From a virus, in IMG/VR virus record IMGVR_UViG_3300045988_099599: a stretch of 58,407 bases of DNA, one strand, 5' to 3'. Of the stretch, positions 18,842-28,256 are shown one piece after another. How positions within the stretch are numbered: position 1 is the first letter of the stretch; each line of letters starts with the position of its first letter. The translations under genes and the position numbers were made by a program. Below the pieces are notes generated by a model that saw nothing but the letters and a program-made list of their open reading frames with translations, had not been told where the DNA came from and did not search any database.

Positions 18842-19113
18842 TCTTCTTTTGCCTTTTTGGTCTGTTTTACAACCTGATCCGCACCTGTGCTGGCTAATCC
18901 AGATACGATACCGACAGCTACTGCATTCATAATATCCTGTGCCGGAAAATCAGGAATGACATACATTCCGACCGCACCAAGGATTCCACCTGCAACTCCT
19001 ACGATTACTGGAATCACATTGTCTTTGATCTTTGGACACAGCTTTGCACCAAGTCCAATCAGATATGTAATTACTACGATAGCGAGTACTGTTCCCATTG
19101 TTGAAATATCCAT
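18838..19113 (-). CDS. Phage holin-like membrane protein
   Basis: 91 aa with 2-3 predicted TM helices (TVLAIVVITYLIGLGAKL, VIPVIVGVAGGILGAVGMYVI, AVAVGIVSGLASTGA) and a charged tail KQTKKAKEE. Confidence 0.65.
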   Translation of the reverse strand: MDISTMGTVLAIVVITYLIGLGAKLCPKIKDNVIPVIVGVAGGILGAVGMYVIPDFPAQDIMNAVAVGIVSGLASTGADQVVKQTKKAKEE

Positions 19114-19427
19114 TAATTTTCACCTCCACTTGACTTTTTTCTAATGTGAAGTTCGTCAATCTCTTCTTTCATTTTTGTTCCCATCCCGTTTCCTCCAAGC
19201 GCATGATACGCTTCGTATATTTCGCAAAACGTTTGATACGCGTAAGACGGAATATATCCAACTTCTGTGTACTTTGAGTGATATTCAATCAGCTGAATCT
19301 TCAAAAGTAACATAGTACCTTTCCCGTTTGCATCTCTATATTTCTTTTGATTTTTCAGCAACCACACAATATACCCAAGAAGAATTGGAAGAGAAATGAT
19401 ATAAGTCTGTAATATTATTTCGCGCAT
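19113..19427 (-). CDS. Membrane-anchored protein of unknown function
   Basis: 104 aa with an N-terminal TM helix (IILQTYIISLPILLGYIVWLL). Its stop overlaps the holin-like start. Confidence 0.55.
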   Translation of the reverse strand: MREIILQTYIISLPILLGYIVWLLKNQKKYRDANGKGTMLLLKIQLIEYHSKYTEVGYIPSYAYQTFCEIYEAYHALGGNGMGTKMKEEIDELHIRKKSSGGEN

Positions 19428-19531
19428 GTTTTCTCCATATTCTTTTGTAAATCAGTCTGCCCACCGCCCGTAATGACTGATGCCCTGCAACCGTCCAGAT
19501 GTAAACATCCGAACAATCACGCACATTCTTC

Positions 19532-19870
19532 TTATAAAGCATGTACATATGGTAGTACATCGCTGTATATCGAACTGGATATATAAGCATTTTCCCAGGA
19601 ACGTGTTGTTGAATTTTCGCTGTGTGAAGTCTCACCAAAAGCTCCTGTCTTCAGATACAAATCCACCACTGCCATAGCGATAATGGATTTGTTTTCCTCA
19701 AGATCACTTCCAATCTGTTCTTCCGTATATCCTTTTGGAAAATTTCTGACTTGCTTATATTTTCGTATAGCAAAATCAACCAGAAGTTTCGGTGGAATCT
19801 GACCTTTTAATTCCGGAACGTCATCAAAATATTCAGTTGCCAAATTCTTGATTGATTCTGTTACTTCCAT
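19532..19870 (-). CDS. gp6-like head-tail connector (adaptor) protein
   Basis: 112-aa ORF after the capsid genes. The N-terminus ...LATEYFDDVPELKG...LVDFAIRKYKQ is typical of this family. Confidence 0.6.
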   Translation of the reverse strand: MEVTESIKNLATEYFDDVPELKGQIPPKLLVDFAIRKYKQVRNFPKGYTEEQIGSDLEENKSIIAMAVVDLYLKTGAFGETSHSENSTTRSWENAYISSSIYSDVLPYVHAL

Positions 19871-19879
19871 TTCTTCTCC

Positions 19880-20122
19880 TTACAGCCCAAACGTAGAAAT
19901 CAAATAAGATTTCAGGTCTGTTCCATTAATGCCCTCTGGATCTTTGACACCGTTTTCAGCTGCCAATCTCCGAAGCTCTGAAACATTCATCTTGTTGATT
20001 TCCGTCTTTGTATATCTGGTCTTTTCTGGTGATGGTTTGTCAACGGGAGATTCGGAAACCTCTTCTCCCGCTTTATACCACCGACCATTCACTTTCATTA
20101 AATGGTCTGCAATCATACACAC
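19880..20122 (-). CDS. Small protein with a C-terminal Rho-N/SAP(HeH)-like motif
   Basis: 80 aa. The segment NKMNVSELRRLAAENGVKDPEGINGTDLKSYL resembles Rho termination factor N-terminal / HeH motifs that are common after phage capsid genes. Confidence 0.5.
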   Translation of the reverse strand: MCMIADHLMKVNGRWYKAGEEVSESPVDKPSPEKTRYTKTEINKMNVSELRRLAAENGVKDPEGINGTDLKSYLISTFGL

Positions 20123-20128
20123 ACCGCC

Positions 20129-21217
20129 TTACGCTACTTTCATGACCACAACGCTGTTCATTCCCTCGAAAGATGGAAGACCGATCATAGATACGATGCA
20201 GTGTGTGTTTATCGGATGATCTGTCGCATATGTGTAAACGGAGATACCAGTTTCTACGATAGACAGATTTCCTGTCGCTTTGTCACCGCTTCTTTCTTCT
20301 GGTGTTCTTCCGAAGATATAATCTCCGAGGTATACACCTGCAGACTGGCAGGAGATAATGTTAGTCGGAATAAAATACTGGGTAACACCAGATTCATCAA
20401 CGTACATCTTGTCGTACACTTCGATTTCGATTCCGTATCCTCTCAGATATGCCAGAACATCTTCCTGTCTCACTCTTATACCGCCGTTGTAGGCAGTGAT
20501 TCCCAGAACCTGTTTTTTGGTGTCTTCCGCATTCAGAATCATTTCGAATGTCTCTGTGTTCATGGAGAATCTTGTCAGGGAATATCCGGTTTTCTTTGCA
20601 AACTCTCTTCTGGCTTTAATCAGGTCCGCCAGTGGTGTTGCTGTTGCGGATGCTGTCCACTTGTCTGTTTCACCGGAGATTTCGATGAAATGATCTGTTT
20701 TGTGCTTCGTTCCGTTGTCTGCTGTGTAATCAATAACGTACTTTTTGCCTTCGATATTGACAGTTACTTTCGGCACACCGTCAGCCGGTGCCAGAAGCTC
20801 CCAAATCTGTCTCTCAGGAACCACCATTGCACCCTGAATCAGCATCATAGGTTTTTTACTGATCTGTCTCAGTACCTGATTTGCCAGACTGGAATTTTCA
20901 GCTGCCTGGTAATCAGCATATGTCTGTTCCTCTTCCTCAGTAGTCATGTAAGACTCTCTGTAGAACGGCATTTTGTTCTGGATATCCTGGAATCCACCAA
21001 CGTCTCTCAGTGGAGCCTGTGCATCAAAGTTGGATGCTTTTAATGCGATCGGCTGTGAATTTTCTCCCATAATGTATCTAATGCTGAGAGAATCCTGTTT
21101 TGTTGTTCCAAATTTCTGTCTGCCAAGATACGGTGGCAGTGCGAGGGATGCTTTATAGTTATCCCACATCACTTCAAGGCTTCTGGCAGTAAACGCTTCT
21201 CTTAATGGTAAAGCCAT
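20129..21217 (-). CDS. Major capsid protein (protein-E-like family)
   Basis: 362 aa, preceded by scaffold and decoration genes. The N-terminus is MALPLREAFTARSLEVMWDNYK... Confidence 0.85.
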   Translation of the reverse strand: MALPLREAFTARSLEVMWDNYKASLALPPYLGRQKFGTTKQDSLSIRYIMGENSQPIALKASNFDAQAPLRDVGGFQDIQNKMPFYRESYMTTEEEEQTYADYQAAENSSLANQVLRQISKKPMMLIQGAMVVPERQIWELLAPADGVPKVTVNIEGKKYVIDYTADNGTKHKTDHFIEISGETDKWTASATATPLADLIKARREFAKKTGYSLTRFSMNTETFEMILNAEDTKKQVLGITAYNGGIRVRQEDVLAYLRGYGIEIEVYDKMYVDESGVTQYFIPTNIISCQSAGVYLGDYIFGRTPEERSGDKATGNLSIVETGISVYTYATDHPINTHCIVSMIGLPSFEGMNSVVVMKVA

Positions 21218-21236
21218 GGTTTATATACCTCCTGGA

Positions 21237-21584
21237 TTATTCTGTAATCTGTGGTGCGCCGTAAAATGTAACTCTAGGAGTTGCTTTTCTAGCTGCATCT
21301 GCAATGGTTGGTGAAAGTGTTTTTACCTTTTCCCAGTCGATAGTTCCCTGGTATACATATGTTCCCGGTGCATCGCCCTGAGTAACATCTACATCTTCCA
21401 GAAGATATCCAAGGCATTTTGCATCATTAGACGGGTACGGTGTTCCAGCTTTTACGATCTTCATTCCATTTTCGTCAGCTACTGTTACCGCAGTCTGTGG
21501 AATCACACACGCTGCGCCCTCATACGGGAAAAATTTCAAAATTCCTTTTCCCTGTGTAAACTCTCTTACAATTGGTTTTCCCAT
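21237..21584 (-). CDS. Head decoration-like protein
   Basis: 115-aa ORF between the scaffold and major capsid genes. Confidence 0.6.
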   Translation of the reverse strand: MGKPIVREFTQGKGILKFFPYEGAACVIPQTAVTVADENGMKIVKAGTPYPSNDAKCLGYLLEDVDVTQGDAPGTYVYQGTIDWEKVKTLSPTIADAARKATPRVTFYGAPQITE

Positions 21585-21594
21585 GTTGTCCTCC

Positions 21595-22179
21595 TTACTT
21601 CATCAGGTAATAGTCTTTCATAGACTGTTCACCCTGTTTTTCGCCAAAATAGATGGATTCAGCATTCTTCACATCTTCCGGCTTCTCATCACCTTTGTTT
21701 GTGCCGCCAGTTCCACCGCCCGGATTCATACTTCCTTTGGCGATTTCCTGTTCTTTTTTCTGAGCTGCGGCAGTTTCTTTATCAGAGATAATCTGTGACA
21801 TGGAATCGATTGCAGTTTTTGCAACTTCTAAATCGTCCTGTAATGCACCGAGAATTTTTTCAGTCTGTTCCCCTGTCAGTCCCTTTTCAGCTGCATATGC
21901 ACGAATATCTTTTTTGACATTTTCTTTCTGAAGATCTGCAATCTGTTTTTGTAGCTTCTCTATTTCATTCAGATCTGCATTTCCCGGTGTTGGTGTTGGT
22001 GTTGGGTTCGGCTGCGGTGCTGGCTGTGGGGTTGGCGCCGGTGTTGGATTTGGGACTGGATTTGGTGTTGGTGGTTCTGCATTGCCATGGAACTGATTAA
22101 GATAGTTAGAAACCTGATCTTCCGTTGGTTCTGCAATCCCTAATGCAATCAAATTTTTCTTTGCCTGTTCTCTTGTCAT
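21595..22179 (-). CDS. Scaffolding protein
   Basis: 194 aa, helical, with a Pro-rich linker PTPNPVPNPTPAPTPQPAPQPNPTPTPTPG. The position is typical. Confidence 0.7.
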   Translation of the reverse strand: MTREQAKKNLIALGIAEPTEDQVSNYLNQFHGNAEPPTPNPVPNPTPAPTPQPAPQPNPTPTPTPGNADLNEIEKLQKQIADLQKENVKKDIRAYAAEKGLTGEQTEKILGALQDDLEVAKTAIDSMSQIISDKETAAAQKKEQEIAKGSMNPGGGTGGTNKGDEKPEDVKNAESIYFGEKQGEQSMKDYYLMK

Positions 22180-22275
22180 TGTTATTACCTCCGTGTAATC
22201 TACATTTTTTGTCGCTGTTCTATCAGCATGGATTTAACTTTTTCTCATCTAACGCGTGAGAATGCATTTTTGTAT

Positions 22276-22307
22276 AAAAAAGACAACCACATGATCTGTG
22301 ATTGTCT
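22276..22307 (-). terminator. Intrinsic terminator after nrdG
   Basis: The minus strand reads AGACAATCACA-GATCA-TGTGGTTGTCT followed by TTTTTT, 11 nt after the nrdG stop. Confidence 0.7.
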
Positions 22308-22317
22308 GATTTATCTT

Positions 22318-22809
22318 TTAATCGCATAAAAGACATATTTTATCCATTTGTCTTGATTCCGGTACGTTGATAACCCTCTGATTGGAACTTCCTCGCCATT
22401 TCAATGTATTGTCTTTCAGTGCCTTGACGAATGTTCCGTCTACCAGAACGTCTACATACTTCATGATTTCATGATCTTTGATATCGTCATACCAGTACCC
22501 GGTGTACATCCAGATTGTTTTCTTCGGAAACACTCGTTTGATGTATTGGCACAATATTAACGTGTCATTCCGATTTCCAATATACATTGGATCACCGCCT
22601 GATAAGGTAATCCCCTCGATATAGTCCTTCTGAAGCTGTTCCTCAATTTCCAGAAGTGCATCCGCATCGAATGGCAGCCCGTCCATCGAATCCCATGTAA
22701 CTGGGTTCTGACAGTCCGGGCAGTGGTGGGAACACCCGGACATCCAGAGGACAACCCGTAAGCCGTCCCCGTTTTTCATATCATCTTTCGTAATGTCGTG
22801 ATATCTCAT
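22318..22809 (-). CDS. nrdG: Anaerobic ribonucleoside-triphosphate reductase activating protein (radical SAM)
   Basis: GCSHHCPDCQNPVTW is a CxxxCxxC cluster. LSGGDP and LKWRGSSNQRV are collinear with E. coli NrdG as I remember it. Confidence 0.9.
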   Translation of the reverse strand: MRYHDITKDDMKNGDGLRVVLWMSGCSHHCPDCQNPVTWDSMDGLPFDADALLEIEEQLQKDYIEGITLSGGDPMYIGNRNDTLILCQYIKRVFPKKTIWMYTGYWYDDIKDHEIMKYVDVLVDGTFVKALKDNTLKWRGSSNQRVINVPESRQMDKICLLCD

Positions 22810-24251
22810 TCCTGATTATCCTTTATCTGATTCTGATTCTGTTGCTGTTCAACCACCTGTTTCTGCGCTCTTTTCACTTCTTCCAATGTCTTATACAGCA
22901 CATCCAGATACGGTTTTGACAGATTGTATGCTTTTTCACTGTCTGCAAACAGAGTGCTTCTTTCAAATGCAATTTTCGGATGTACGCCATCTTTCAGCAA
23001 ATAGTCAAGGAACTGCGCCTTTACCAGCATGTTGTCCATTGGACTGTGATTGATCGTAACCTCGAACTGGCTGATATCAAGAGGACAATCGTCTTTCCCT
23101 TTTTGAACCCTGATAATGTTCAGGATTACTTCATTCAGTCTTTGTTCAGATTCTTGAATGATAGGGTCTTTTAATTTTCCACGGGTTTTCGCCATGTCCC
23201 ATCCGTTACGAAGTTGGACGGCTCCTTGCGTGTCCCCTCCTGTGTTTCCTTCCAGTTTCGGAATAGCAAGAATCTGCAGGATATTGTCCATCAGGTCTTG
23301 TTTTGCAACCTGTGTTTCCGTCTGGTTCAATTCCTGGCTCATGATATCGACATCAGCCTTGTTTTCAGCATTGTTGGATTTTACAACAAATGCACCGTTC
23401 ATTTTCATCTGTTCGAACGTCTCTTTGTCAACCGTGCAATTGACAAACTTGATAAATGACTGAACAAATTGAGAAATTCCATCCGCTCTGTTGGACTGAA
23501 TCTCGTTCAGAGCATCAAACATACTGATTACCAGTTCGATATCTGAAATTCTCTCGAAATTGTTTGGGTATTCTACAATCGGAATACCGCCAAAAGCGTG
23601 AAGTTCCCAGTCTTTTAATTTCCCATTCAGTATTTTGCACTGATGTGTGGCCGTGTGACACGCTTTGTACCATTCCCCTTTTTCGTTTTTTAATTCCTGT
23701 ACGGCTACAAGTGGCTCGTCCGTAATAGAAGAGTAGATTATGTAAGTATTCATCGGTGTTGGCACCGTAATGCGGAATGGCACATTTGCTTTTTTGTCTT
23801 TTACGAATTGTACCGCCAAGAATCCTGTTCCTGTTGCGGACTGCCATTCGCCACATCGAATATTTCTTGCATGTTTATGCGCCAGTCTCAGATAGGTGTT
23901 GAATTTATCAACAACCTCGTTTATATCTTCTTTAACGATTCCGACACACTGCATCGGTTCTCCGTAAGACTGACCAACTTTAAATTGCACACTCTCATAT
24001 GCGTGGTTTTCGCAAATCTTATTGTTTACATCATTACGTATGGTCTTTGTTCGATACAACACCGGCTGATCGCCTTTATAATATCTCCACAGATAATCAG
24101 CAATCCTTTTGTTGTAATAGAAAGTCCCAATTGTATCTCCGACAATATCAATAATGTTTTTCTCATTAACTTCTTCTACGTCCGCATATGCAATTTTTCT
24201 TCCGTAATTGCCCTTCACAAGTTCATGAAAAAACATTTTATTCTGTCCCAT
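22806..24251 (-). CDS. Portal protein
   Basis: 481-aa ORF between the terL region and the scaffold/capsid genes, with an acidic/Q-rich C-terminus. Confidence 0.85.
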   Translation of the reverse strand: MGQNKMFFHELVKGNYGRKIAYADVEEVNEKNIIDIVGDTIGTFYYNKRIADYLWRYYKGDQPVLYRTKTIRNDVNNKICENHAYESVQFKVGQSYGEPMQCVGIVKEDINEVVDKFNTYLRLAHKHARNIRCGEWQSATGTGFLAVQFVKDKKANVPFRITVPTPMNTYIIYSSITDEPLVAVQELKNEKGEWYKACHTATHQCKILNGKLKDWELHAFGGIPIVEYPNNFERISDIELVISMFDALNEIQSNRADGISQFVQSFIKFVNCTVDKETFEQMKMNGAFVVKSNNAENKADVDIMSQELNQTETQVAKQDLMDNILQILAIPKLEGNTGGDTQGAVQLRNGWDMAKTRGKLKDPIIQESEQRLNEVILNIIRVQKGKDDCPLDISQFEVTINHSPMDNMLVKAQFLDYLLKDGVHPKIAFERSTLFADSEKAYNLSKPYLDVLYKTLEEVKRAQKQVVEQQQNQNQIKDNQE

Positions 24252-24254
24252 TTC

Positions 24255-24458
24255 TTACACTCCAAATACCATTCCGCTGCTCGTTGTCCGATCTGCGCGC
24301 TTTTTTACTTCTACTTTTCCGTTCTCTACACGATATACGATTCTTTTATTGCACTTCTTACACAGATAACGCTTATCAATCTGCGATCTTCCATCGTACA
24401 TCCCTACTTTTCTGCCACACTCTGGGCAGTAAATCGTCTTTTTTCTATACTCTTTCAT
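24255..24458 (-). CDS. Small zinc-ribbon protein
   Basis: CPECG...CKKCN. The start is set at MKEYRKK (ATG 24458, RBS GGAGAA) because the upstream 10 codons form a terminator hairpin. Confidence 0.55.
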   Translation of the reverse strand: MKEYRKKTIYCPECGRKVGMYDGRSQIDKRYLCKKCNKRIVYRVENGKVEVKKRADRTTSSGMVFGV

Positions 24459-24470
24459 GATTTTCTCCAC

Positions 24471-24502
24471 AAAAAACGCGCCCTGCATAACTGCAAAGCG
24501 CG
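24471..24502 (-). terminator. Intrinsic terminator between the sigma-like gene and the zinc-ribbon/portal genes
   Basis: The minus strand reads CGCGC-TT-TGCA-GTTA-TGCA-GG-GCGCG followed by TTTTTT. Confidence 0.6.
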
Positions 24503-24607
24503 CTTTTCAACATCAAAGGGGGATTGATTGGTGGATAAAAATTTCTTTTTATCTGATTATTATTATATCAGGTCAATTTTTTTGCGAATAGATGAAAAAT
24601 TGTGCAT

Positions 24608-25045
24608 TTATGTGCATTTTTGTGCTAAATATTTCTCTCCGAACAGCTTTTCAAAACTTTTCAACGCTTTCCCGTGGATAGACATCACGTTTCTGAATGA
24701 GTAGCCCATCTCCACACAAATCAGATTCCAATCTTTCCTAAGGACATACCGTTTGTACAGTACATCGTACTGATTTTTATTTTGCAGATTACTGATTTCC
24801 GTAGTAATCTGTCTTCTACGTTCCAGAGCCTGACTTATCATTTCACTGATATCGTTTTCAAGATCTACGATTTCAGCCACCGCGCTGCCAAGCTTGTCCT
24901 TGTCAGGTGTTACCTGTACGTTGACTTCTTTCTGTGTAGTCGATATCGATACCGTCATCCCTTTTAACTGCTGCAATTCTTCCGTTTTGTTCCGAATTAC
25001 AGAATTCAGAACAGCGATCTGGTTTAAGTATGTTTTTGTGTCCAT
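24608..25045 (-). CDS. Sigma-70 region-4-like phage transcriptional regulator (DUF1492/ArpU-like)
   Basis: The C-terminus YDVLYKRYVLRKDWNLICVEMGYSFRNVMSIHGKALKSFEKL fits the region-4 HTH pattern. Confidence 0.6.
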   Translation of the reverse strand: MDTKTYLNQIAVLNSVIRNKTEELQQLKGMTVSISTTQKEVNVQVTPDKDKLGSAVAEIVDLENDISEMISQALERRRQITTEISNLQNKNQYDVLYKRYVLRKDWNLICVEMGYSFRNVMSIHGKALKSFEKLFGEKYLAQKCT

Positions 25046-25046
25046 G

Positions 25047-26789
25047 TTAATATCCTCCCCTGAATGGATTTTTTATTGGTTCTATTTTTGCCGGTTCCCA
25101 TGTTCCTTCGATAAAATAGGCAAGTGAAGCAAGACAGTCTGGAGCATCTTCATGCTGGTTTCGCCCCTTAATAGTAAACGAGTACAGGTTTCTCATGAAG
25201 TTTCGATACTCTTTGTTTCTGCACCCAGTGTCTCTGAAGTACCATTCTCTTATAGAACCAGCTTTATCCCATATTCGTTGTGCCTTTCTCATGGAAGTCG
25301 GCGCATATTTTGAGACAAGGTTTATTTTTCTTCCTTTTGCTTTTAAAAGTGAATCGACCTCATCTTTGTACCCTTCTCCTCCTTGGTTGGATTCAAAAAA
25401 AGCACTTCCGACATTATGTTCAATAATCATATTAACTACTTTTGGTTTTGTAACTTTCTTTTCGGAACTGTCAAATATAACATCGTCGATATATACAGAT
25501 CCGTCTTCATACATGTATGCTACCGCAAATGCTAGATTATCTTCTCCGCCGAGTGCCACGTCACATGCAGCACATATTCTGTACGGCTCTTCCGCCGGTA
25601 AAACACCGTTGTAAAATTTCATATGTTCCGAATTAAAAACAGCACCATCACGTTCAATCGGTTCCTGCTGACACTGTGCGTACCATCCTGCCATATCATC
25701 GTTTTCTTCGAATTTAGCTCTTTCAATCCGATAATATTTTGTTGAATAACCAACTCCATAGTCATAATCAAAATTGCTTTCGTCCGTAACTGGGTCCAAA
25801 GCAGGTATCTTCAAAACATCCCATCGTATATCTTGCGCTTCCGGATTATTTTCCAGAAAATCGCGCCGATCCATATAAATATCTTGCAAACTCCATATCG
25901 TACCATTATAGATAACCTTGCATTTTTCTTTTTTTCGTTTCATGACATTGTTGTCAAAGATAATCTGCTTTCTTCGGAGAATATCTGGATTTAATACATC
26001 CTGTATTCCCTCTAAGATATCATCGATAATGAGCCATCCATACGCATCGTACTCACCATTTAGACCCGCTGTAAGTCCTTTTCCAGAAAGAGATTTATAT
26101 TTTTTCTTTCTTTGCAGATCTACTTTATTATTTTTCGCATCCGTGTCAACAATAATTGCTTTTGGAAACACATCGGAAAAGCAATAAATAGGATCTGTCC
26201 AGATTTCTATTACACCTTCAAGAAAAGCTCCTCCAAGTCCCTCTTTATAAGTAACATAAAGATTGCTTGCTTCTGTATTTCTAGCGCATTTCCACGAAGT
26301 TGCGAGGGTTAATTCTTGGGATTTCCCTACACGCGCCGGCATATGAACAAAAAGTTCATCCAATTCATCATCCTCAAGCATTTGTAGCTTATCAGTTACC
26401 AGCTTTAGCGTTTTTCTTCGTGGCTCATAAAAACGGTCTCTACGCTTTCTGTTCTTTTCAACATACAGCATATAACTGTCAAGAATTTGTGGGGCTTCCG
26501 TCTTTAAAATGCTGTAATATGTATTAATCAGACCGAATTCTGTTTTGTTTTGCTGTGCAAAATCTTCCAGTTGTCCAAATGTTCCTCCACCTGTTTGATT
26601 ATAAATTAGCTGATTAATAATGTTTTTTGCTCTTGAAGATATTTTTGTTCCATACTTGATATCTTTTTCTTCGAGAATAGCTGTTTGAACTGCCAAAGCA
26701 TACGCATCAAGAACTTGTTCATCTATCCCACGCCGCCGTATATAGTCCTCATATCCATTTATTGTCTTTATCAGGTACTCACTTGCCAT
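25047..26789 (-). CDS. Terminase large subunit
   Basis: 580 aa. LFVHMPARVGKSQ is Walker-A-like, and a later acidic segment is nuclease-type. It lies in the packaging position. Confidence 0.85.
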   Translation of the reverse strand: MASEYLIKTINGYEDYIRRRGIDEQVLDAYALAVQTAILEEKDIKYGTKISSRAKNIINQLIYNQTGGGTFGQLEDFAQQNKTEFGLINTYYSILKTEAPQILDSYMLYVEKNRKRRDRFYEPRRKTLKLVTDKLQMLEDDELDELFVHMPARVGKSQELTLATSWKCARNTEASNLYVTYKEGLGGAFLEGVIEIWTDPIYCFSDVFPKAIIVDTDAKNNKVDLQRKKKYKSLSGKGLTAGLNGEYDAYGWLIIDDILEGIQDVLNPDILRRKQIIFDNNVMKRKKEKCKVIYNGTIWSLQDIYMDRRDFLENNPEAQDIRWDVLKIPALDPVTDESNFDYDYGVGYSTKYYRIERAKFEENDDMAGWYAQCQQEPIERDGAVFNSEHMKFYNGVLPAEEPYRICAACDVALGGEDNLAFAVAYMYEDGSVYIDDVIFDSSEKKVTKPKVVNMIIEHNVGSAFFESNQGGEGYKDEVDSLLKAKGRKINLVSKYAPTSMRKAQRIWDKAGSIREWYFRDTGCRNKEYRNFMRNLYSFTIKGRNQHEDAPDCLASLAYFIEGTWEPAKIEPIKNPFRGGY

Positions 26790-27007
26790 AACGTAAAAAA
26801 GTGCCTCCTAACTCAAATAAAAAAGTTAAGAGACACTTCTCTGTTCCATGTCCGCATTCGGGCATTGGCTTCTGTGTTTATTTTAGTTTTCCTGCGTGGC
26901 AATGCCACCATGCATATTCAATCCTTGTCGAAATCTTCAATATGTTAATTCCTTGTTTTTTGAAATATCGTACCATTTTCGGATAATATATCCATGATTT
27001 CACAAAA

Positions 27008-27262
27008 TCAATTAATTTTAATAATTTTCTCATTGCCTTCACTCATTGTATTTATCAATACTTTGCTCTCTTTTGCGATGCTCTGATCTTTCTCATCGAT
27101 CAAAATATTCCCCTTTTTATCCGTCTTTACTTTTTCAACTACACAATAGACCTGACCTGGTTCTGCACAAAAGAAGAAATAAGCCATTGTCGCTTTTGGA
27201 ATTTGTTTTCCATCAACAAAAACCTTTGTAATTGTTCCGTCACTTTCAATTCTGATATTCAT
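27008..27262 (-). CDS. Hypothetical protein
   Basis: 84-aa co-oriented ORF. Confidence 0.5.
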   Translation of the reverse strand: MNIRIESDGTITKVFVDGKQIPKATMAYFFFCAEPGQVYCVVEKVKTDKKGNILIDEKDQSIAKESKVLINTMSEGNEKIIKIN

Positions 27263-27297
27263 TATTTCGTCGCCTTTTTTGCAATTTACGCGTAAAA

Positions 27298-27594
27298 TTA
27301 TTTATTATCGTCATCAAAAACTCTATTTGCATATTCATTATATGTTTCAATTTCAGTGTGAAAAGCATTTCTGCTTACTTTTATTACATTTACGTAGAGA
27401 ATTTTTCCATTTACTTTCACATATCCACCGGCTTCTGGTACAATCGCCTCAAGAACTTTATCGACTTTGTTTCGCTCTTTATTGTAAAGATGTTCGAGCG
27501 TTTTCTTTCCGCCTAATTCATTCATGAGTTTTTCATTTTCATACTGTAACCGTTCCGCCCGTTTCCATAACTTGATTTTCTCGAAAATTCTCAT
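27298..27594 (-). CDS. Hypothetical protein
   Basis: 98-aa ORF whose start overlaps the upstream stop. Confidence 0.5.
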   Translation of the reverse strand: MRIFEKIKLWKRAERLQYENEKLMNELGGKKTLEHLYNKERNKVDKVLEAIVPEAGGYVKVNGKILYVNVIKVSRNAFHTEIETYNEYANRVFDDDNK

Positions 27595-27845
27595 TACTTT
27601 TTCCTCTCAAACAGTTCTTCCGGTAACGGCTGTCCCAGCCAACACATCCGCAGGTACTTTCTGAACGTTGGTTCACTCATTCCCGCTCTTTTACAGGCAA
27701 CCGCCATCGTGATTTTATGCTGACAGTAATCATTTATTGCGTTTGTAAACCTTTCTCTGTCCACTAATATACATTTTCGTCCCATGGTATCACCTTTATT
27801 CCTCTGTATGCCTCGTATTCGTAATCTTTCCGTATACACCTTCAT
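27594..27845 (-). CDS. Small HTH protein
   Basis: HTH-like segment MAVACKRAGMSEPTFRKYL. The start is uncertain (ATG 27845 or 27785; the track gives 27887). Confidence 0.5.
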   Translation of the reverse strand: MKVYTERLRIRGIQRNKGDTMGRKCILVDRERFTNAINDYCQHKITMAVACKRAGMSEPTFRKYLRMCWLGQPLPEELFERKK

Positions 27846-27852
27846 ACAGTTC

Positions 27853-28254
27853 CTACTTTTCGTTCTTTCCAAGAACATTTCTTTCAATGCGGTCTTCTGT
27901 TCTACGATTCATCCACATGAGAGCTTCCTCAATATGAGTAAGTGCACAAGCATTTTCTCTTGATGAAAACGGTCCTGCCTGAAAAGCTTTTAAACGATCA
28001 CGGACAATTTCCAGTAAATCTGTGTCAATTACACCGTGAAGCGAATCTTTTTCTTTTCGTGGTCCACACTGCATCTGCAATGTAAGAAGTAGGTTCTCTG
28101 GCTCTGCTCTTAACGATGTATCATCATCTTCAAGCGTTGCTGTTCCAGCCTTGTACACACAATATAAGTGATTAGCACCACCTGGACCGATTTCATCTAC
28201 GGCAAATACATCATTTAATTTTTCTCTTTTCTGAATTGTTGATAACTGTTTCAT
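27853..28254 (-). CDS. Conserved phage protein of unknown function
   Basis: 133 aa. The C-terminal motif [30 protein letters not shown] recurs in phage proteins I have seen, but I cannot place the family. Confidence 0.55.
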   Translation of the reverse strand: MKQLSTIQKREKLNDVFAVDEIGPGGANHLYCVYKAGTATLEDDDTSLRAEPENLLLTLQMQCGPRKEKDSLHGVIDTDLLEIVRDRLKAFQAGPFSSRENACALTHIEEALMWMNRRTEDRIERNVLGKNEK

Positions 28255-28256
28255 TT

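Noticed and set aside
19336-19638. 100-aa minus-strand ORF overlapping the connector gene and the membrane-protein gene
   Set aside because: It overlaps two better-supported genes out of frame, and its product is unconvincing.
20102-21043. Long plus-strand ORFs (for example 20102-21043, 15891-16592, 12308-12892, 40886-41599, 23808-24527) opposite well-supported minus-strand genes
   Set aside because: They are shadow frames of strongly supported structural or early genes. They lack RBS context, and their products are Cys/Phe/Ser-rich low-complexity strings.
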